From positions 6,386,001 to 6,450,000 of the forward strand of contig NC_092671.1 of the NCBI RefSeq assembly GCF_964355755.1: a stretch of DNA of 64,000 nt. The letters are read 5' to 3'. The DNA comes from Antedon mediterranea (Eukaryota; Animalia; Echinodermata). The position numbers and the translations under genes were made by a program. The notes under the pieces were generated by a model. The model saw nothing but the letters and a program-made list of their open reading frames with translations, searched no databases and was not told the DNA's origin. Shown here in pieces: positions 56,301 through 64,000 of the stretch (its first letter is position 1; each line of letters starts with the position of its first letter).

Positions 56301-57258
56301 ACGAAGATTTCTACAAAATGTCAATAGGCCTAATTTTCGAAATTGGTGGTTAATTATTATTTTCATAGTGTTAAAACATATCCTTTAATTTAGCTAAAAA
56401 AGAAAAGAATTTAATATCAAAAAAATCTTTTTTTTTCCTCAGGGTATAACAATTGCAATAACACTGTTCACAATACAGACCAAGATCGATTTGGAAAAAA
56501 TGGCGATGTTCATTTGTATATTCGCTATGTCTTTGTTCATGTTCGGCTTCTTTTGCATCTTCTACTACAGTGATGTACGAAATGTTTAATTTATTATTTA
56601 TTTCTACATGACCATTATTAAATATCGATACGGAATAATGTTGTTTGTGCTATTAAAAGCTAAGCTGATTTTTAGAATAGTAAATACTATTGTTCTGGTA
56701 AGATTCAGAAAATAAAAGTAATTCAATCTGTAGATCATTTATTACGATTATTAAATTATAAACAATATTGTTTGTACAATTAAAATCTAAGCTAAAATAT
56801 TAGAATAAAAGGTAAAATATTTCCATACTGTTTTAACAATAGCAACATGGTGCATCAATGACCAATAATTCTACTGTTTACCTTCTACCTTTTGTATAGG
56901 TCATGTATGCTGTCTACGGCTGGCTTATTGCTCTTCTCTTTGGAATGGTAGGCCTTAATATTACATTTTGTTTTGTAGTTTGAATTGCAAAATATGCTAA
57001 ACATACAACATTGTAAAAATATCGTATGCAGTTCACCTCTGTTTTATATGTAAATAATGTAATGACAGCTTCATTAATCCATAATTAATTCAATCAATCA
57101 TTCTGTTTGAACAGTACCTGATGTTTGACACTCAACTGATAATGGGAGGGAAGAAATACCAGCTAAGCGAAGAAGAATACGTGTTTGCTTCTCTCATACT
57201 GTACATTGACATCATCTACCTGTTCCTCATCCTGCTCAGGTTGTTCGGCAAGAACTAG
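53374..57258 (+). CDS. Protein lifeguard / TMBIM family, paralog B
   Basis: Exons 53374-53602, 54108-54205, 54764-54828, 55227-55280, 55745-55835, 55960-55997, 56151-56196, 56443-56574, 56900-56947, 57115-57258. YGQP-repeat/PPPY N-terminus; RRMFIRKVY; YLMFDTQLIMGGKKYQLSEEEYVFASLILYIDII. Confidence 0.93.
53830..53905 (-). mobile_element. tRNA-derived SINE head
   Basis: On the - strand, TGTGGCCTGGTGGTT (A-box) ... GGGTTCAAGTCCC (B-box). Confidence 0.55.
54290..54585 (-). mobile_element. tRNA-derived SINE with an L2-type 3' tail
   Basis: - strand: GTGTGGTGTCTTGG ... GGTTCGAATCC head, body CTCTCCACCCAGGTCTGGGTACC, tail AGCGCTTTG...GGCGTTATATAAAT(ATT)n. Confidence 0.75.
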
Positions 57259-58509
57259 GATAAGTAGGCCTAGGCATCTAGACACTATAGAGAGGATTAT
57301 GTATGGTCAGATAACGACAATTTCAGTAAAGCCCCTCCGTGCGTATCAATAAATACCACATTAAATAAAACAATGTTTAACTAGGTAGAATATTTCCTTT
57401 CGTATATACATATTGTAAGAACAACAATTGTCAATACAAGTACTTTAAGATTGATAAAATGATTTAGTTTAAAAAAAAGTTTAAAAAAGGCCTAATGATA
57501 AAGATTGCAGAATAAAAATGTAAGCTTACCAAAGGTTGCACGACCAGTCAGTCAACGTTACCTGGCTAACGAATGCAAATAGCTTTTACTCAAGTAATGA
57601 CTAGTAGCACAATCACAATTAGCATACCGTAACAGGTGAATGCGAAACCAACAACAAACAGTGTTGTCTGTTGAACTACACTGTATGTATATTTTTGAAG
57701 TTTTATGCCGCCTAATCGAAAACATCCCTAATTAATTATTGCTTCAACAATTATTGAGGAGAATTATGTGTGGATTAGGCTTAATTAGTTTATGTTGTAA
57801 ATGTTTTATGAAAGTTTTTGCACAGTTGATTTGTAGCCTAAAATGAAATATTTTGGTTCAGCAGGAGTCAGAGTTATCAAAAGCAAAGAAATAACCTTGT
57901 TTCAGACTTTATTATTGATTCTGCTTAAGTCATTCTTTAAAATAAAGTATTATAAGATAACGAAATCGATTCCTAAGTTTCACTTAAGTACTTCTAACTA
58001 CCTTCTTAAGTTAAGCAAACAGATCATTACCAGGAAAGTGAATCGAACAAATTATCACCAATTCGACAGTGAAGAAGAAAAAAAGTTTTATGTTCATTCT
58101 TGTTCATCATCATCAGTGTAGGCCTATAGCACTTGAGTGTAAAATAATTATGTAAATCGATAGTGAAGTTGTTAGGATAGACTTGTTAGTACACGCTGAT
58201 AAGTTCTGTTTTTGCTAAAATATATTAGGAACAGTTGTATTTGTCAATCATCTCAAATAATAGTTTTGTTATCTTTTTTAAAACTTTGTTTAACTTTAGG
58301 CCTGTTGTTATAGTTATAGTAACCAACTTATGTAATTATCACTTTGTCTTATAATGAATATGAATGATTAACTGTAACTATGTTAATTAAATGATTGTCT
58401 CTATTAGGCATATGGAATTTATGTTGAATTATGAATTGAAACAAATACATTAAAAGGTTAAAAATACGCATAAAATTAGACACTTCTTCGCAAAGTGTCA
58501 TTATAACAG

Positions 58510-58820
58510 TAGGGACTTTACGAAACAGGACGGCAAGCCACAGGACGGTCTCATGAATAATTATGCATGAACTTTAACAAAGTGGGCGGAGCTTAGCGTG
58601 AAATTCTATCGTCTTAACTTTTTGAGGACGATAAAGTTGGCATTTTCCCGTTTACGGAGAACGACTAGAAATAACACACAATATACAGTGGGACTGTCGT
58701 CGTCGTCGTCTTCGCACTGGGGTGTATAACTAATAAAACGGCTATGTCGATTGTATATTATTCAGCAAACACAGGATGTCTGTCGTCCTCCCCTAACCGT
58801 CCTGTTTCGTAAAGTTTCTA
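58510..58820. mobile_element. Non-autonomous DNA transposon / MITE
   Basis: TIRs TAGGGACTTTACGAAACAGGACGG ... CCGTCCTGTTTCGTAAAGTTTCTA. Confidence 0.7.
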
Positions 58821-61031
58821 ATTTAACAAAACAAGACGACTGATTATATACATTTAAAAAAACGGAGATTAACATTTCACAATATATTGCACACTTTATT
58901 CTGGTCCTTTCACAACCTCCCTTCATAATGTAACGTATACAACAGTTCACTTTTCTATGCGCATTGATTCGGTTACCGCACAATAACAATCAAAATTAGG
59001 AAATGACAATTTTTAAACATAATTATACAATTGAGGAAATATTTGTATCTTTTATATTTTTTTTACACAAACTACGATTCGGAAACATATTCTGAAAAAA
59101 CATTCTTACTTAATAAAGAAACATGAATGTTGCTAATGACCCGATAGTTTGAGGTGACTCGACCATCATTCTTTCAAAAAACATGAAAAATGAAGTTTAG
59201 CAAAATCGAAGTTTGAATAGCCCTTTTTGTAATTTCAATAAAGTTAATCACTTCTGATTGACATATTCAGCCAACAAATTTGTAAGAATTATTTTGTCAT
59301 GGGGACAATGCATCTTTAAGTAAAGTAAATAAGATATTCTGATAATAGTACCCCTGCCAATACTAAACATTCAGGAGTGTCACCCTCCCTTACTGAAAAC
59401 AAAGCGAACCCTAGATAACATGATCTGCCATTCTAAAGCTTGAAATATAATTTGGAGAACCCGTCAGGATCAACAAACGAACAATTTATAAATATTTTAT
59501 TGTCTGTGATGAAAAGTAGCGAATTGTTATATATCGTCTAAATAATATTATCACCATCGTTGCAGTGTACAGCTTCTTTTCTGTTAAGCTCTGTCTACAC
59601 TATCAAACTAGTTTGACAAAAAAGCAGTGCATTAATATAGCACTTAATGACGAATAGACTATTAAATTAAGTAACAAAAACAAATTAAGTAAAAAGAAAA
59701 ACAAATTGCAATATAAGTTTCCCTAGTAATCATATAAAATAGAATATTATGAAAATACATTATTTTCTTTACAAATCATATTTTGTACACATATACTATT
59801 TATACATTTTATACACATCGCCATCTACAGTATGTTTTTTACATGAATTAGTTTTATACCAGGGAAGAGTAAAATTAAGTGTAATTTCACTATTCCCTTG
59901 TAATTACCATATCTTAATATACGATCAATCTCCTTATTTGTATACAATGTTATCAAGCACCTTATAACAACAACCTGTGCCGGCATAGCGGAAACAAAAC
60001 TATCGTGATGCAAGCTAATACCTGTTGACAATAGTCCAGCATAGGTCTAGTGAATACAACCCACAAAGTACTGTATGCTAACTAAAGTGTCGCATTAAAT
60101 ACGCTTTCAGTTTGTTTTCTGACTACAAACACATCTAACATTCTTCCAAAAAAGGCTTATATATTCGAAATAATACCGATAGGCACTGAAGCACAACATT
60201 TAATGCAAGGGAGAAATCACATTTTTAATTAAGATATCTTGAAACCTTTTTTCCTCGACATAATTTTGAATAAAAGATTGGAAATTTTGCAGTATTAAGG
60301 AATGTTAATATTCAAAGCTGCTATGGGCAAATAAAAGCAGTTTCTTGATTATTTTATCAGCCATAATATCGCCCTCTAGTATTAAAACTAGTAGTAAGTA
60401 AAGGTTGAATTAGAAAAGTAACCATTTTCAAATTGGTTACCAAAAGGACCTCTCAGACAGATAATAGTATTTGGAACTAAAAAGTTGTTATGCAGAACCA
60501 ACCTTGAGCTAGTGGTGCCAATACAATTAAGTCAACATCACTTTTTCATGTGAAAACTAATGGTCAATAGGGAAGTGACCAGTCCTTACACTCTAGAGGT
60601 GTAGCTCTGGTTAACACAGAAATCAACTCCTATTTCAATCTAAACAACTATATTAGTTACATTCGAGCAAATGAACACTGAAGAGAACTGAAAACGCTCA
60701 GGTCGATGTGGAACTGATTTACTAAACTCACAAGTCTTGTATTACTAATATCAAGGTTTATCATTATGGTTAATTCTATACAAAAGTTACGTTATGAAAG
60801 AACATGAAATGTATGAAAATACAGAATTGGAAAATATGAAAGTCAACAATTTAGGAATGAGATAAAATACTATAAAGGAACAGTTATTTTACTATAAACA
60901 TAAACAAAAGGATTGTATTGTATAATCATAGGAATACTGTATGAAATAAGGAAGTATAAACAGGCTTTAAGACAGTCGCTTGTAACCTGTTTATTTTTAA
61001 GCCCAACTCCCTCCAAAAAAGAATCTATTTA

Positions 61032-63884
61032 TTATTGCGTTAATGGAATAACAGCAACGCCAACTCCTCCTTCATGTACAGTCATCGGAGCTACGTACTC
61101 CCAAACATTTGTAACCGGATCATACGTCTCCATTGTACTAAGATTTGAAAGTCCATCGTAACCCCCGACCGCATATAACCGTCCTCCATTCGACACAAGA
61201 GCTACACGACTCCGACGGCTTTGCATCGATGCAACATATTCCCATGTGTTTGATACCGGGTCGTACACTTCAACCGAGTCCAAGAATCGTGAGCCATCGT
61301 ATCCACCACAAACATACAGTTTACCCTTAAAGGCTACAACACCTAGGCGGCAACGTTTTGTCTGCATTGGTGCAACTAATGTCCAACGTCCCGTGAAATG
61401 ATTATAGCATTCAACCTTGAAAAATGAAAACAAAATAAATAAAATATCAGCTTTAGTGTAAAGACAAGTCTATGGACTGACCTAATAACAATTTACTTAA
61501 TTTCCAGTTAAACTAGGAACAACCAACTGTTTTCTCCAAAAGGTTTTAATTGTTTGGAAAATTTTAAAATGAAGTAGAAAATTACGACAGATAGTACAAC
61601 ATGAAATAAAGTGGGTTGCCCCCACGAAAGAGAAAATTATTTTTCAACTTACTGAACTAAATATTGAAAGACCATCATGTCCACCAACAGCATACAGCTC
61701 TCCATTTAAAACTGTTACTCCAGCTGCACTACGAGATTTGGACATGTCTGAAACTATTTGCCATCTAATACAAATGAAATTGTGATTATAGTAAAACATA
61801 TGCGCAATTTTAATTATGGTTTATGACAACAAGTTTACCTTCAATATTATTCATGAAATAGAAGAGCTTCTTTTAATTAAATTTTTTATCTTTTTTATTG
61901 TTGAGATAAATATAACAGTATTACCTTTTTGGAATTAATAATTAAATAACAAATACCAACCTGTTTAGTTTTGGGTCATAACATTCTACAGAACTGAGAG
62001 ACGATATACCATCATAGCCACCGCAAGCGTAGACACGACCATCTAAAGACGCAACTCCAAGAGCACTACGCCTACTATTCATTTTCGATACATCCCACCA
62101 TTCACCACTCAGCGAATCAAACACCTCCACCGTATCTAAACGAACACTGCCATCGTAACCACCAACTGCGTACATCTGACCGGATAACACTGTGACACCA
62201 ACACGACTTCTTGGCGTTGACATAGACTTGCCTAAATGCCATGTGTTTGAAATCGGTTCAAAGAATTCAACAGTACGTAGTGACTCGCCTGTAAGGAAGG
62301 GGTCTGATAAAAAAACACATTTTGCGTCAACTTTAAGAAATACAAGAGAATTGCTTACCTCAACGAAGAAAACAGTGAAGATTTCATGCAACAAGACACA
62401 GCCATAAACAAGTACAAAAACACAGTACAGTAATATTATAGCTAAACACCTATAAACAACTACAGACAGCAAACAGAAATAGAAATAGTACAGTAGTATG
62501 GAAGGTACTGTATATAATCAGGTCATTCTAGTTAAGAATAGTGACACTAGTGATTTACAAGAAGAGAACAGGCATCAACCAAGCCCTGATTTTTCGGGTA
62601 AATAAGCGTATGAATGTACAATTTTGCAGTATGCATATGCAAAGTTTAACACACCGAGTCGATTGACTGGCTGGTTGCCATAATGAAGTGATTCGGGAGC
62701 TGGGGTTCGATTCTTGGATGCCTCCGTTTTTGTTTTAGGATCGGCATTACTACCCAATTCCCTTTTATGTTAGTGTCAAAACCAATCATGGTTGATGCCT
62801 ATTCTCTAAAGGCAAGGACGGACTAGGCTGTTAGGTCTCTTTCTTATTGTTGATTAACATCTTTAGTCTGTGCTGCATGACCCTTACATAGATCAGGTCG
62901 TGTTTTGTTGTACCAAACTATGTCTAGAAACACATCAAATTTGATTAATGCAAGTACCGAATCGTGAAATCAAAGTCATTACTAGTTAACTCATTATGGG
63001 TATTTTGTTAAAGTTATAAAGTAAAACGTTTTCGTATTAATGTTAAGTCAATGCTTTAGGCTTTCAATGCATGTACTGCAGTAGGGCAAACATTCAGAAT
63101 GTACTAACACGTAGGAAGATGATTAATCTGAAAAACAGTGTTGAGTTCAACTAATATTGAACATTAATGAAAACCAGTTCTACCAATTTGAAAATTACAA
63201 AATGATTGACATACTGTAATTACTTACCGTCTAATCATATATAAAGCATACATACATTTGCATTGATGTCATGTACAGGTCTGCCAACCATCACACGTAA
63301 TACGTGAAGACATATTAAGGTTCATTTTATACATGTTTTATCTCCCTGTCATTCCACCACCACATGCATGGCATAAAACGTTAGAAATTTGAAATGCTCT
63401 TTTTAAATTTTACAATTTTTTCATTATTAATATTTAATAATCAATTTGTACATATTTAAAATTCTTGTTGTTTATTGCTGTTTTCATTGTATGTCTACTG
63501 TTTATTGTTAATCATTTTGTAATATCAATTTTATTTGAGCACATTTTTTTAAATATTAACAGTTTTAGCAAACAGAATATGTTTATCATCAAATCTTGTT
63601 TTAATCATTCTGAATCTATATTTTTTATATAATTACATCTTACAAAGAAATAAATAAAAAAAAAAAAAAAAATAAATGAAATTGTTTAAAGACACTATAA
63701 ATAAAAAAATGTTTTGAATAATAGTGCTGCAAATTAGTAAACATTACCTGCTTTTGTCAAGCCTCCAACAGCATAGATGACACCAGCAATGTCATTGCAA
63801 CATCGAGGCTTGGTTCGTGGACCTTGTAGCAAGGTACGACGTTCAGGCATTAGGTGGTAGTCTTTGGCTTCATCAACTAAATCT
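61032..63884 (-). CDS. KLHL18: Kelch-like protein 18 (last four exons; 5' part outside the window)
   Basis: Exons 63884-63748, 62288-61961, 61764-61653, 61415-61032. [31 protein letters not shown], six kelch repeats (GGYDG/GGHDG) and the C-terminus [12 protein letters not shown] characteristic of KLHL18. Confidence 0.9.
62564..62807. mobile_element. MITE with an internal tRNA-like B-box
   Basis: TIRs AGAGAACAGGCATCAACCA ... TGGTTGATGCCTATTCTCT; GGGGTTCGATTC inside. Confidence 0.6.
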
Positions 63885-64000
63885 CTATGTGAACAAAAAT
63901 GAGTACCAGTACAATAACTATTTAAATTAATAATAGCTCTCCTATTCTCAATGTTATATAAATCAAAAGTTAAAATTATAATAACATGGTACAGTATAAA

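Overview
AT-rich, intron-dense animal genomic DNA, probably a marine invertebrate; the taxon is a guess. Six spliced host genes can be reconstructed by hand from GT-AG exons: (1) a NEK8/NEK9-family kinase with RCC1 repeats and an extra N-terminal DUF4347/NSMF-like domain (- strand, 3' end outside the window); (2, 3) two divergently oriented lifeguard/TMBIM paralogs with matching core exon structure; (4) a single-RRM Nop6-like gene; (5) NACA; (6) the 3' part of KLHL18. Three near-intact coding transposable elements lie in or next to these genes. The first is a 15.6-kb Ginger1 DNA transposon (20231-35848; TGT...ACA TIRs, CCGG TSD). It encodes a three-exon, 847-aa Gypsy-like integrase fused to an OTU cysteine protease and carries a ~132-bp satellite, two tRNA-like genes, a probable solo LTR and an inverted-repeat module. 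The second is an L2/CR1-group LINE in a NACA intron. The third is a Merlin/IS1595-type transposon with 210-bp TIRs but no TSD. Many MITEs and tRNA-derived SINEs are also present. All homology calls come from recognising motifs by eye; no database search was run.
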